From assembly GCA_020722575.1 (NCBI GenBank), contig DYKN01000004.1, positions 37,364 through 101,363 on the forward strand: a stretch of 64,000 nt of DNA. The letters are read 5' to 3'. Both the position numbers and the translations under genes were made by a program. The first letter of the stretch is position 1. Each line of letters opens with the position of its first letter. The notes beneath the pieces are model-generated. The model did no database searches, was not told the origin of the DNA, and saw only the letters and a list, made by a program, of their open reading frames with translations. The stretch is from Rikenella microfusus. Its GTDB lineage: Bacteria; Bacteroidota; Bacteroidia; Bacteroidales; VadinHA17. This document shows, one piece after another, positions 1 through 9,249 of the stretch.

Positions 1-967
1 AAACGATCCCAAAACTGGCTATCCCAAAACGCTCAAAAAGAGATAGTTTGCGGATAGTATTTACTACATCGGGGAGATTCTTTTCAATATGCATCAGTCC
101 AAAAAAATTTTGACCATTCTGCAGATTATATGCCAGAAGTCCAATAAAAATCAAAACCATAAAAAACGGAAGAAGCAACAACAATCTCTTCGGTCTGATA
201 ATTTCTTTTAATACCTGAATAAAATTCTTTCCATCAAAAATCGGTTCAATCAGAAAATCAATCAGCAAAAGTACAAGTGGAAACACAACTGCTACAGCTT
301 TTGAGAGGCATGATGAAACAAACAGGAAAAAGGTCAAAAAATAAAAAATAATTCTGTATTTTCCGCCTTTTTTAAATTCAAGATAAGAGATCAGGCCCGA
401 TAGAAAAAAGAAAACGTAAAGTACATCTTTCCTTTCTGATATCCATGCAACCGACTCAACATGCATGGGGTGAATTCCGAAAATAGCCGAAACAAAAAAT
501 GCAGGAAAAATCTGACCTCCTCCAAGCTTGAGTATCAGGAAAAAAACGAGCAAAGTGTTAAACAAATGAAGAAAAACATTCCATTCCACAAATGGTTTGG
601 GGGAAATACCATGTTGACAATCTTCACATTTATTATTGTTTAACCTGAGCGATAATATTGTAAGAGGATGATAATTTGATGATACAGGTGTGGAGAAAAT
701 ATTCTTAATCACTCCATGGTTCCCGGCTCTTACAAGATTGTTGTTTACTACATAAGTAAAATCATCCCAGTCAACAAACTCATTATCAAAGGCTTTTCTG
801 TAAGCAGTCAGTGTTAATAGCAACGATAAAGCCAGTACGGCAAAAGTCCACAAGGACTGACCTCCGAGTATTCCGTTGCCTGATAATTTCCGGATTCTGT
901 TTTTAATCTTTTTCTTTTTCAAGGCACGAAGATTTACGTGCGTTTCAAATTCCTGAAAAGACGGCAT
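1..967 (-). CDS. Multi-pass membrane glycosyltransferase-like protein (GT-C type, PMT_2/TMTC-like N-terminal domain). Only the 5' part is present; the gene continues past the window start.
   Basis: Absent from the ORF track because it has no stop inside the window. My translation of the minus strand from ATG (complement of 965-967) stays open to base 1: MPSFQEFETHVNLRALKKKKIKNRIRKLSGNGILGGQSLWTFAVLALSLL... It has several hydrophobic helices and the motif FGIHPMHVESVAWISERKDVLYVFFF, which I recognise from bacterial TMTC/PMT_2-type membrane proteins. The start overlaps the 3' end of the GT2 gene by 34 nt. Confidence 0.6.
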   Translation of the reverse strand, partial: MPSFQEFETHVNLRALKKKKIKNRIRKLSGNGILGGQSLWTFAVLALSLLLTLTAYRKAFDNEFVDWDDFTYVVNNNLVRAGNHGVIKNIFSTPVSSNYHPLTILSLRLNNNKCEDCQHGISPKPFVEWNVFLHLFNTLLVFFLILKLGGGQIFPAFFVSAIFGIHPMHVESVAWISERKDVLYVFFFLSGLISYLEFKKGGKYRIIFYFLTFFLFVSSCLSKAVAVVFPLVLLLIDFLIEPIFDGKNFIQVLKEIIRPKRLLLLLPFFMVLIFIGLLAYNLQNGQNFFGLMHIEKNLPDVVNTIRKLSLFERFGIASFGIV

Positions 968-1689
968 CGAATCAATCCGATCCTATGTAAAATAAATTTT
1001 ACCGAAACTCCCAGAACGCCGATGCCATAAACTATACTATTGTAAAAATCAATGGATGAGCTCCCCGGTGAATATAAAGTTGGGCACGATATCTCACCGA
1101 TCTTCTTATTAAGATATATTATCTGCGCAATTATTTCATTATCAAAAATATATCCATCAGAGTTACCATGGTAATCAATTTCTTTAAGTAATCGGGCAGA
1201 ATATGCCCTGTAACCAGTGTGATACTCAGAAAGTTTTTGATTGAGAAGGATATTTTGAATAAAAGTCAGTATTCTGTTTGCCAGGTATTTATAAACCGGC
1301 ATACCACCTTTTATCGCTCCTTTACCAAGAATACGAGAACCCAGCACTACATCGTAAAGCCCTGATGCCACAAGATGACACATTGCAGGAATAAGTCTGG
1401 GAGTATACTGATAATCGGGATGCACCATAACTATAATATCTGCTCCAAGCTCAAGTGCCCTGTCGTAACAGGTTTTCTGATTCGCACCATAACCTTTGTT
1501 GAATTCATGACGAATGATATATTTGATAGACAGTTCTCTTGCTATTTCCAGTGTCCTGTCGTGGCTCCCATCATCAGTTAGTATTATAAAATCAACTATT
1601 TCACCGGGGATTTCCTCAAATGTCCTTCTGAGAGTCTTTTCAGCATTATATGCCGGGAGAACTACCGCTATTTTTTCCCCGTTAATCAT
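934..1689 (-). CDS. Family 2 glycosyltransferase, short soluble Dpm1-like / polyprenol-phosphate sugar transferase type
   Basis: 251-aa ORF with the GT-A N-terminus IAVVLPAYNAEKTL and an acidic LTDDGSHD motif. There is no long membrane tail. Confidence 0.8.
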   Translation of the reverse strand: MINGEKIAVVLPAYNAEKTLRRTFEEIPGEIVDFIILTDDGSHDRTLEIARELSIKYIIRHEFNKGYGANQKTCYDRALELGADIIVMVHPDYQYTPRLIPAMCHLVASGLYDVVLGSRILGKGAIKGGMPVYKYLANRILTFIQNILLNQKLSEYHTGYRAYSARLLKEIDYHGNSDGYIFDNEIIAQIIYLNKKIGEISCPTLYSPGSSSIDFYNSIVYGIGVLGVSVKFILHRIGLIRCRLFRNLKRT

Positions 1690-1731
1690 ACAGAAAAGAC
1701 AAATAATTAAGGCAATAACGTAAGTTTCAAA

Positions 1732-2616
1732 TTACCTTCCCGAAGGATTCGATGCCCTTTTAAAAAATTCTTCCTGAAGCTTTTCTATTGTATCGTCCGA
1801 TTTAAGAAACTTAATAAGATCTGCAAGTTGTACGGCATCACGTTCAATCAGAAGTTCTCCAAGCCTTTTATTTGCCTGAACAAAATCACCTGCAAAATGA
1901 TTAGGGAAACAAGCATACCACCATATTCCTGTATATCCATACTTCAGTTGTTTCAACCTTTCCTGATCAAGCCCACTCTCATTTTTTGAAACATCCATAT
2001 CAACAAGATCTGGACGAATAAAAGACATCATCGAAGTTTCCTCCTCTCCTGCATGACCATCAATTCTGGCCTTTTTCAATGATTTAATCTCTTCTGCAAA
2101 TTCAGATAGTTCGTCAGGTTGAAAAAGAACAACAATATATCCATTGTTTTTCATTAGTTGTGACTGACAGAAAAATTGAAGAAAACTGGTATTTCCTCCA
2201 TGACCGTTAAGGAGAATTATCTTCTTCAACCCGTTTCTGGCAAGTTCACTGCACGTCTCTTCAAGTATCTTCCATATCAGTTCTGAACTGTATGCAATAG
2301 TACCGGGCTGATGCTTTGCCTCAAAAATCTGACTGAAATAATATGGAGGAAACACAACGGCATACTCTTTCTTCGCTGCTGTAAAAGCTATTTCCCTCGC
2401 TTCAAAAAGATCTGTACCCAGAGGAAGATGTGGGCCGTGCTTCTCCATTACCCCTAAGGGAATTACACAAACTCCTCCTGCTTTCTCAACAGCATAAGGA
2501 AATTTTGGCGCAGTTAATTCTTCCAGTTTAAAAGGAAGATCACTCTTCTCTATTTGCTGACCATAAGCATAAGCAAACATACTGATCAGCAAGATTAATA
2601 TTATCAGCCTTTTCAT
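1732..2616 (-). CDS. Creatininase-family amidohydrolase with N-terminal signal peptide
   Basis: 294 aa with a signal-like MKRLIILILLISMFAYAYGQ. Family motifs EKHGPHLPLGTD, LNGHGGN and HAGEEETS are present. Confidence 0.8.
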   Translation of the reverse strand: MKRLIILILLISMFAYAYGQQIEKSDLPFKLEELTAPKFPYAVEKAGGVCVIPLGVMEKHGPHLPLGTDLFEAREIAFTAAKKEYAVVFPPYYFSQIFEAKHQPGTIAYSSELIWKILEETCSELARNGLKKIILLNGHGGNTSFLQFFCQSQLMKNNGYIVVLFQPDELSEFAEEIKSLKKARIDGHAGEEETSMMSFIRPDLVDMDVSKNESGLDQERLKQLKYGYTGIWWYACFPNHFAGDFVQANKRLGELLIERDAVQLADLIKFLKSDDTIEKLQEEFFKRASNPSGR

Positions 2617-2652
2617 AATTAAATGGTTTATAATTAAAAACTTAATTAAATT

Positions 2653-2943
2653 TCATTCAATTCTGGCAAGCCTGAAAGGATAAATTTCAATCTTCTGCCA
2701 GACACCATCTGTTACATAAGGTTCATCTTTCAACCTTTCATCAAGTGTCTCTCTGTCGGGCATTTCATAAACAATCATTGAGCCTTTCATTTTGCCCTCA
2801 TCATTCAAAATAGCACCACCAAAAAGAAATTCACCTTTTCTTTTTAATTCAGCAATTTTCTTAAGGTGTAAAGGACGAACTTGATCCCTTAGCTCTTCAG
2901 CTTCAGGACTATCATTGTCGAAAGCTAAAAGTAAAAACTGCAT
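2653..2943 (-). CDS. YciI-like small protein
   Basis: The ORF extends to 3012, but the internal ATG (complement of 2941-2943) gives a 96-aa product, MQFLLLAFDNDSPEAEELRDQVRPLHL... That size and N-terminus are typical of YCII-domain proteins. The 23-aa extension looks non-native. Confidence 0.55.
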   Translation of the reverse strand: MQFLLLAFDNDSPEAEELRDQVRPLHLKKIAELKRKGEFLFGGAILNDEGKMKGSMIVYEMPDRETLDERLKDEPYVTDGVWQKIEIYPFRLARIE

Positions 2944-3059
2944 CTGTCTTAAATAATTATTATCTGCCAATATAATAATAAATTGGCTCTCTGCTGAAAA
3001 ATATATCGGCATTTTATAAATGAATTGTTTTTTTTGCTGATAATTAATTTTTTAAGGTA

Positions 3060-3067
3060 TATTTTTG
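3060..3067 (+). promoter_or_regulatory. Candidate Bacteroidota -7 box (TATTTTTG) for the patatin-like gene
   Basis: Matches TAnnTTTG, 48 nt upstream of the ATG at 3115. Confidence 0.35.
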
Positions 3068-3114
3068 CAACAGGTTAATTTTTTATTTAATTTTCTTGAA
3101 AATTTCTTCGGGCA

Positions 3115-3906
3115 ATGAATAAAAAACTTTACAATGTTGGTTTGGTTTTAAGTGGTGGCGGTGCAAGAGGTTTTGCTCACCTGGGTATTCTTAAAGCAAT
3201 TAATGAAGCCGGTATATTCCCCGACGTTGTTGCGGGAACAAGTGCTGGTGCAATTGTAGGAGCATTATACTGTGATGGCTATACTCCCGATGAAATTATG
3301 AAAATATTACGTTCCCGAAGCTGGCTGGATTATATGAGGCCATATGTTAGTAAAACTGGCCTGCTTTCAATATCTGGATTACAGAAAATTCTTAAAGACA
3401 ATCTCAGGTCAAGCACATTTGATGAACTAAAAATTAAATTTTACGCAACAGCAACCGATTATAACAATGGTAAGGCTATTTATTTCGATAAAGGAGACCT
3501 TGTCAAAATAGTTATTGCTTCAGCAAGCATTCCGGTTATCTTCAAACCGGTAATAATTGACGGAATTACATATTGCGACGGCGGTGTACTTGATAACCTT
3601 CCAATACAACCCCTGGAAGGAAAATGCAGGGTAATAATAGGATCTTATGTCAATCCAGTTGGACCTGAAAAGAAATTCTCAAGTCTTATTCAAATCGCTG
3701 AAAGAACATTTTTGCTTAACCTTTCAAGGGAAGTTCTGGCAAAAGCTTCAAAATTCGACCTGCTCATAGCACCATCAGAATTGAAAAATTTTCCAGTGCT
3801 AGATCCTGATAAATCAGAAGAGGTCTTTTCAATAGGTTATCAAACCGCAAAAGATATCCTGAAATCAAAAGAAATAATGAACCGTTTACTATTTAAAGAC
3901 TTGTAG
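3115..3906 (+). CDS. Patatin-like phospholipase
   Basis: Glycine-rich loop SGGGARGFAHLG, nucleophile elbow GTSAG (GxSxG) and catalytic Asp in CDGG. Confidence 0.85.
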   Translation: MNKKLYNVGLVLSGGGARGFAHLGILKAINEAGIFPDVVAGTSAGAIVGALYCDGYTPDEIMKILRSRSWLDYMRPYVSKTGLLSISGLQKILKDNLRSSTFDELKIKFYATATDYNNGKAIYFDKGDLVKIVIASASIPVIFKPVIIDGITYCDGGVLDNLPIQPLEGKCRVIIGSYVNPVGPEKKFSSLIQIAERTFLLNLSREVLAKASKFDLLIAPSELKNFPVLDPDKSEEVFSIGYQTAKDILKSKEIMNRLLFKDL

Positions 3907-3929
3907 GATTTAAACATGTAAGAAGATCT

Positions 3930-4772
3930 TTATTTCAACATTGAATAAAGCTTCTGGATCTCATCAGCCCATAAAGATTCATCAGGTGTTTCAAGAATAA
4001 GCGGCATGTCATCAAACCGGGGATCATTTATTATAAAACTGAAAACATCCTCTCCAAGAAGGCCCATGCCAATATTTGCATGTCTGTCAACTTTTGAGGC
4101 ATATCCTTTCTTCGTATCATTTAAATGAATTCCCTTCAGATATTCAATACCTATTATTTGATCAAAAAGTTTAAAAGTATTTTCAAAGCCTTCAGCTGTT
4201 TTAATATCATATCCGGCAGCATATGCATGGCAGGTATCAAAGCAAACTCCGACTCTTGATTTGTCTTCAACAAGATCTATAATAAATTTTATGTGTTCAA
4301 ACTTATATCCTACATTGGTACCCTGGCCCGCAGTATTTTCAATCACAGCAGTAACACCCTTTGTTTTATCAAGTGTAATATTAATTGATTCTGCAATTAT
4401 TTTTAGGCATTTTTCCTCATCTATCAATTTCAAATGACTGCCCGGGTGAAAATTCAACCTATCAAGCCCCAATTGCTCACAACGATGAAATTCATCGAGG
4501 AATGATTTTCTTGATTTCTCCAGAGCTTCTTTTTCTGGATTTCCAAGATTAATCAGATAACTATCATGAGGCAAAATTTGAAAAGGTTTATAATCAAGTT
4601 TTTCACAGTTTTCCTTGAATAATCTTATTGTTTCTTTTGATAAAGGGGGAGCAAACCACTGTCTCTGATTTTTCAGAAAAAGAGCAAAAGCCCTGGCCCC
4701 AATACGATCTGCATTAAGGGGTGTATTCTGTACACCCCCCTCTGCACTTACATGAGCACCAATAAATTTCAT
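3930..4772 (-). CDS. nfo: Endonuclease IV (AP endonuclease family 2)
   Basis: 280 aa, starts [13 protein letters not shown]. Metal-ligand segments HPGSH, CFDTCH and HLND are present. Length and layout fit Nfo. Confidence 0.9.
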   Translation of the reverse strand: MKFIGAHVSAEGGVQNTPLNADRIGARAFALFLKNQRQWFAPPLSKETIRLFKENCEKLDYKPFQILPHDSYLINLGNPEKEALEKSRKSFLDEFHRCEQLGLDRLNFHPGSHLKLIDEEKCLKIIAESINITLDKTKGVTAVIENTAGQGTNVGYKFEHIKFIIDLVEDKSRVGVCFDTCHAYAAGYDIKTAEGFENTFKLFDQIIGIEYLKGIHLNDTKKGYASKVDRHANIGMGLLGEDVFSFIINDPRFDDMPLILETPDESLWADEIQKLYSMLK

Positions 4773-4800
4773 ATAACCTGTTTAAAGCGTTATTATACAT

Positions 4801-6204
4801 TTAAAAATAACCTGAACCATCCCAGCAATGGGTACACAATTTTTCTTTTGGCAAACCAATAGCTTCAATAAGATCATCAAGTCTTTGATACATAAGTGAA
4901 TCTAAAACAAGATTTTCAGTTATAGTCTTAACCATTTTTAAATATTTCGGTGAATCTGGGTTGGTATATTCACGTATATCCTTACTTTCATCTCCTAATT
5001 GCTTTATTGCTTTTCTCCCGGCCAATTCATAAATTGAACGTGACTGTGAAAAATTAAGAAAAAGGCACGGAAACAAAAGAGGGGGACAGGCAATCCGCAT
5101 ATGTACCTCCTTCGCTCCTGCAAGGCGGAGCTCCCTTGCACTATCCTTAAGCTGTGTGCCTCTGACAATACTGTCATCTAGAAATATTATTCTTTTCCCT
5201 TTAATTATTTCATCATTGGGAATCAATTTCATCCTGGCAACAAGATCGCGTTGTGCCTGATCCTGAGGCATAAAACTTCTTGGCCACGTTGGCGTATACT
5301 TTGAATAAGCCCTTTTATAAGGTAACCCCTTTTCATTACTGTAACCCACTGCATGCCCAATACCTGAATCAGGTATTCCACATACAAAATCGGCTTCCAC
5401 ATTATCTCTCCTGGCCAGTGCAGCACCACACTTATACCTGCAATTTTCAACATTTATACCCTCATAATATGATGGAGGATAACCATAATATACCCATAAA
5501 AAAGAACAAATCTGCATCTCATTGATTGGCTCTTTAAGCCGTGTTATTCCATTGTAGTCTATCTTAATAATTTCCGAAGGCTTCAGATAATAATCAATTT
5601 TATAACCAGTATTGGCAAATGCACTTGATTCTGTTGCAACAGCATATGCATCCTCCTTCTTACCTATAACAACTGGGGTTCTCCCTAATTTGTCTCTCGC
5701 AGCAATAATACCCTCTACTGTCAATATTAACAATGAACAAGAACCTTTTATCTTTTCAAAAACATTCTCGATTCCTGAGACAAAATCATCCCTTTCACAA
5801 ATCAAATTAGCTACTATTTCTGTAGGACTATTATTTCCATTAAAATGTTCCGTGAAATGCTTCCGACTATCAAGAAAATACTTTTCCAGATCATATATAT
5901 TAATTATCCGGCCAACAGTAACAATCGCAAAAGGACCAAGATGAGAATTAAAAACAAGTGGCTGAGGATCTGTATCACTTATAATACCAATCCCAGAATT
6001 TCCTTCAAAATTATTTAGTTCAGTCTCAAATTTGTTCCTGAAATAAGCATTTTCAATATTGTGAATTGAACGACTGAATCCCTTACCTGGAACATAAAAA
6101 GCCATTCCTGCCCTTTTCGTACCAAGATGTGAATGATAATCTGTACCAAAAAAAACATCTTCAACACATGACTTCGAAGAAACTACTCCAAAAAAACCAC
6201 CCAT
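4801..6204 (-). CDS. purF: Amidophosphoribosyltransferase-like protein (PurF family) lacking the N-terminal Cys nucleophile
   Basis: 467 aa. The PRPP-binding loop IIFLDDSIVRGTQLK and overall Ntn-amidotransferase plus PRT layout are present. The N-terminus is MGGFFGVV where PurF has MCG[IV]xG[IV]. Confidence 0.75.
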   Translation of the reverse strand: MGGFFGVVSSKSCVEDVFFGTDYHSHLGTKRAGMAFYVPGKGFSRSIHNIENAYFRNKFETELNNFEGNSGIGIISDTDPQPLVFNSHLGPFAIVTVGRIINIYDLEKYFLDSRKHFTEHFNGNNSPTEIVANLICERDDFVSGIENVFEKIKGSCSLLILTVEGIIAARDKLGRTPVVIGKKEDAYAVATESSAFANTGYKIDYYLKPSEIIKIDYNGITRLKEPINEMQICSFLWVYYGYPPSYYEGINVENCRYKCGAALARRDNVEADFVCGIPDSGIGHAVGYSNEKGLPYKRAYSKYTPTWPRSFMPQDQAQRDLVARMKLIPNDEIIKGKRIIFLDDSIVRGTQLKDSARELRLAGAKEVHMRIACPPLLFPCLFLNFSQSRSIYELAGRKAIKQLGDESKDIREYTNPDSPKYLKMVKTITENLVLDSLMYQRLDDLIEAIGLPKEKLCTHCWDGSGYF

Positions 6205-6270
6205 AAAAATTATATTTTTTTAAAATTAAACAGATATTTTAAAAACGCCATAAATATAATTGGATATTAT

Positions 6271-6278
6271 TATTTTTG
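6271..6278 (+). promoter_or_regulatory. Candidate -7 box (TATTTTTG) for the coiled-coil protein gene
   Basis: Matches TAnnTTTG, 28 nt upstream of the ATG at 6306. It overlaps the TTG start used by the ORF track. Confidence 0.35.
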
Positions 6279-6305
6279 CCATCACAATTTATAAAACATC
6301 TTAAA

Positions 6306-7205
6306 ATGCCAGAAATTACAAATAATTCAGGTACCAGAAATAACCGTAAACTGACTTTTTTTCTTGTGTTCCTGACAATACTTCTTTCCATTATTCTGAT
6401 TTTTCTTGTGGTAAACTATTATTCGCAAAAAAACAGGATGATCGAAATGGAAAACATGCTTACACACGAAAAAGATTCCCTTGCAAATGAATTGCGAAAA
6501 CTGATGTATAGCTATGATACTCTCAAAACTAACAACGATACATTAAACGCACAACTTGCTAAAGAAAGGGAAAAAATCAGGCGCCTTCTGTCAATTAACG
6601 CATCAAACATTGAACTTATCAAAAAATACAGGGCTGAAATCAACACTATGAGAGAAATAATGAAAAGTTACATCGTACAGATTGACTCCCTCAATACAAG
6701 AAATAAACTTCTTGCAGCAGAAAATCAAGATATCAAACAAAAATTCAGCCAGGTACAGAAAACAAATGTTGAACTTGAAAAGGTACGTGAAGAACTATCT
6801 TCAAAAGTTGAAATAGCTTCAGTTATACTTGCAAAAGATATTACGCCTGTTGCACTTAATAAAAAACGCAAAGAAACCACAAGAATAGACAGAATTGATA
6901 AACTAAGGGTTTGCTTTACATTACGTGAAAATCCCATCGCAACATCAGGTAAAAAAACTGTCTACATGAGAATTATCCGACCAGATCAGCTTGTGATCAC
7001 AACAAGCCCAGATAATTTATTTGATTACAAGGACTCAAAAATGATTTTTACAGAAAGCAGAACAGTAGATTATATGAATCAGGATATTGAAATGTGTATT
7101 TTCGTTGACAATACAGGAGATTTTATACCGGGCAATTATAATGGAGAACTTTATCTTGAAGGGAACCTTATCGGTACTTTCACATTTTTACTTACAAAAA
7201 GATAA
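6306..7205 (+). CDS. Membrane-anchored coiled-coil protein of unknown function
   Basis: One TM helix (LTFFLVFLTILLSIILIFLVV), about 150 aa of heptad-like K/E/L/N-rich sequence, then a beta-rich C-terminal domain. I chose the ATG at 6306 because the TTG at 6276 lies inside a TAnnTTTG -7 box. Confidence 0.5.
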   Translation: MPEITNNSGTRNNRKLTFFLVFLTILLSIILIFLVVNYYSQKNRMIEMENMLTHEKDSLANELRKLMYSYDTLKTNNDTLNAQLAKEREKIRRLLSINASNIELIKKYRAEINTMREIMKSYIVQIDSLNTRNKLLAAENQDIKQKFSQVQKTNVELEKVREELSSKVEIASVILAKDITPVALNKKRKETTRIDRIDKLRVCFTLRENPIATSGKKTVYMRIIRPDQLVITTSPDNLFDYKDSKMIFTESRTVDYMNQDIEMCIFVDNTGDFIPGNYNGELYLEGNLIGTFTFLLTKR

Positions 7206-7232
7206 ATATTAATTGAAGCTTTTTAAATTAAC

Positions 7233-8363
7233 CTAATCAACCATCATTAATTCCGAAATGATATTATCTGATATCATTTTACCTGTGTTTGTCAGTTGCA
7301 TAGTTTTACCATCAGTACGCATCAGTCCGTAATCAATAAATTTTCTGGAAAGATTTATCAGATAATCATAAACTTCCTTTTCAAAATTCTGTTCAACATA
7401 CTCCAGGTCAATTCCCCATATTGTCCTTAATGACGTCATTATATATTCGTTAAACCTTTTCTTAAGATCAAGTTCCTCTTTCCTGAAAAATAGCCTGTCT
7501 TTTTCAATTGCTGAAATATACTTGCCAACATCGCTGATATTCCACTGCCTCGAAACTTTGTCATATGAATGAGCAGAAGGTCCCAACCCTATATATGGAA
7601 TTTGTTTCCAGTAATTAGAATTATGTTTTGAAAACCAGCCCTCCTTTGCGAAATTCGAAATCTCATAATGAATAAACTCGTTTTCCTTTGCTTTTTCAAT
7701 AAGCAAATTGTAGAGTTCATTGCTTTCTTCCTCATTAATTTCGTTTAGTTTTCCTGCTTTTTTCATCCTGCTAAAAAGGGTTCCCCGTTCTATTGTCAGG
7801 TGATATGCCGATAAATGCTTAATATTGTAACGAAAAGTTTTCTCAAGATCCTTTTCCCAGCTCTTATAATTAAATCCCGGAATACCGTAAATAAGATCAA
7901 CCGAAATATTCTCAAAATCAGCTTTCTCACTATTTACCAATGCTTCTTCCGATTGATTACTATTATGCCTTCTCCCAAGAATTTTCAATACCTCATCATT
8001 CCACGATTGAACACCAAAACTCAGGCGATTGAAACCAGCTTTTTTTAATTCTTTCAAATATACCAGATCAATATCATCAGGATTGAGTTCTACTGTTATT
8101 TCAGGCAGTTCTATGATATCAAAAAATCGGTATAATCCTTCCAGAATCAATGAGAGCTCACTTGCTTTCAAAACCGATGGAGTTCCTCCTCCAAAATATA
8201 TTGTTTCAACTTTTTCTCCAGAAAGATAATCCGCCCTTAATTCTGCTTCCCTGATAACAGATTGAATAAAGCGTTCCTTGTAATTATTCCCCGTTATACT
8301 ATAAAAATCACAGTAATTACATATTGTTTTACAAAAAGGTATGTGCACATAAATGCCCGCCAT
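7233..8363 (-). CDS. hemW: Radical SAM heme chaperone HemW / coproporphyrinogen III oxidase-like protein
   Basis: CxxxCxxC cluster motif in HIPFCKTICNYCDF. The 376-aa length fits HemW rather than the longer HemN. Confidence 0.85.
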   Translation of the reverse strand: MAGIYVHIPFCKTICNYCDFYSITGNNYKERFIQSVIREAELRADYLSGEKVETIYFGGGTPSVLKASELSLILEGLYRFFDIIELPEITVELNPDDIDLVYLKELKKAGFNRLSFGVQSWNDEVLKILGRRHNSNQSEEALVNSEKADFENISVDLIYGIPGFNYKSWEKDLEKTFRYNIKHLSAYHLTIERGTLFSRMKKAGKLNEINEEESNELYNLLIEKAKENEFIHYEISNFAKEGWFSKHNSNYWKQIPYIGLGPSAHSYDKVSRQWNISDVGKYISAIEKDRLFFRKEELDLKKRFNEYIMTSLRTIWGIDLEYVEQNFEKEVYDYLINLSRKFIDYGLMRTDGKTMQLTNTGKMISDNIISELMMVD

Positions 8364-8434
8364 GTGTGTCTCCAGTTGAATATAAAAATATAAATAAATT
8401 ACGATTATATTTAACTTTTTATACTTTTATCTCC

Positions 8435-8821
8435 ATGAAATTTATAAGAAATAATATATTATCTATAATTGTTGCTTTTCTGATTATCTTTTTGAGTTTC
8501 ATGAACACATCAGGTATTAGCAAATTCAATATTTTACGTATTAATAATGCAGACAAAATAATGCACATGTTTATGTATTTTCTTTTTACAGCAACCATAT
8601 CCTATGAACATAGAATAAAAAAACGTAAACATTATATTTTATCTGGTTTAGTAGCTTTTTTATTTGGTTTAATTATAGAAATTTTCCAGCCTGTAATTAA
8701 TCCTGCCAGAAGCAAAGAGATAATAGATATTCTTTTTAATTTAACTGGTATTGTTCTGGCTCTTGGAATATGGTTTTTTCTCAGTAAATTTTTAAAAGAC
8801 CTACAACATCACATCCACTGA
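8435..8821 (+). CDS. VanZ-like small membrane protein
   Basis: The internal ATG at 8435 gives a 128-aa, 4-TM protein with a DKIMHMFMYF motif like the VanZ family. The upstream 37 codons overlap the hemW start and look spurious. Confidence 0.55.
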   Translation: MKFIRNNILSIIVAFLIIFLSFMNTSGISKFNILRINNADKIMHMFMYFLFTATISYEHRIKKRKHYILSGLVAFLFGLIIEIFQPVINPARSKEIIDILFNLTGIVLALGIWFFLSKFLKDLQHHIH

Positions 8822-9244
8822 TTTTTTTGCCGATTCAACAAGATCTTGTATTGTTTTGTTTTTGAAAAGTTCCGTAAGTTCCTGTCTTAGCTTTGAAAAT
8901 TCTTTATGAATAGGACATAAAAATTTTTCTTTGTCAACTGATTTGCAAGTTCTATTTTGTATAATGCAGTCATCAAAAAAACTGTTTCCGTCAATAATCA
9001 AAACTACATCGTATAGACTGATTTTTTCAGGATCTTTTATAAAATAATATCCTCCATGTGGACCTTTAAGAGAACCAAGTATCTTATTCTTTACAAGCTG
9101 ATGGAGGATTTTTGAAAGAAATTGAGTGGGTAAATTTAATTCATCCGATATTTTCTTTATACCTATAATTTCTCTTTCCTTTCCAGATTTACTGGCGATA
9201 TAAATCAGCGCTCTTATTCCATATTTGCAGGTATTTGATAACAT
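8801..9244 (-). CDS. Rrf2-family transcriptional regulator with Cys cluster
   Basis: 147 aa. N-terminal winged helix (CKYGIRALIYIA, PTQFLSKILHQLVKNKIL) and three clustered Cys (CIIQNRTCKSVDKEKFLC), consistent with an Fe-S binding Rrf2 protein. Confidence 0.8.
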   Translation of the reverse strand: MLSNTCKYGIRALIYIASKSGKEREIIGIKKISDELNLPTQFLSKILHQLVKNKILGSLKGPHGGYYFIKDPEKISLYDVVLIIDGNSFFDDCIIQNRTCKSVDKEKFLCPIHKEFSKLRQELTELFKNKTIQDLVESAKKSVDVML

Positions 9245-9249
9245 TTCAA

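Noticed and set aside
461-643. 60-aa plus-strand ORF in the first kilobase
   Set aside because: It lies antisense to the long open minus-strand frame (1-967) that encodes a recognisable membrane glycosyltransferase-like protein.
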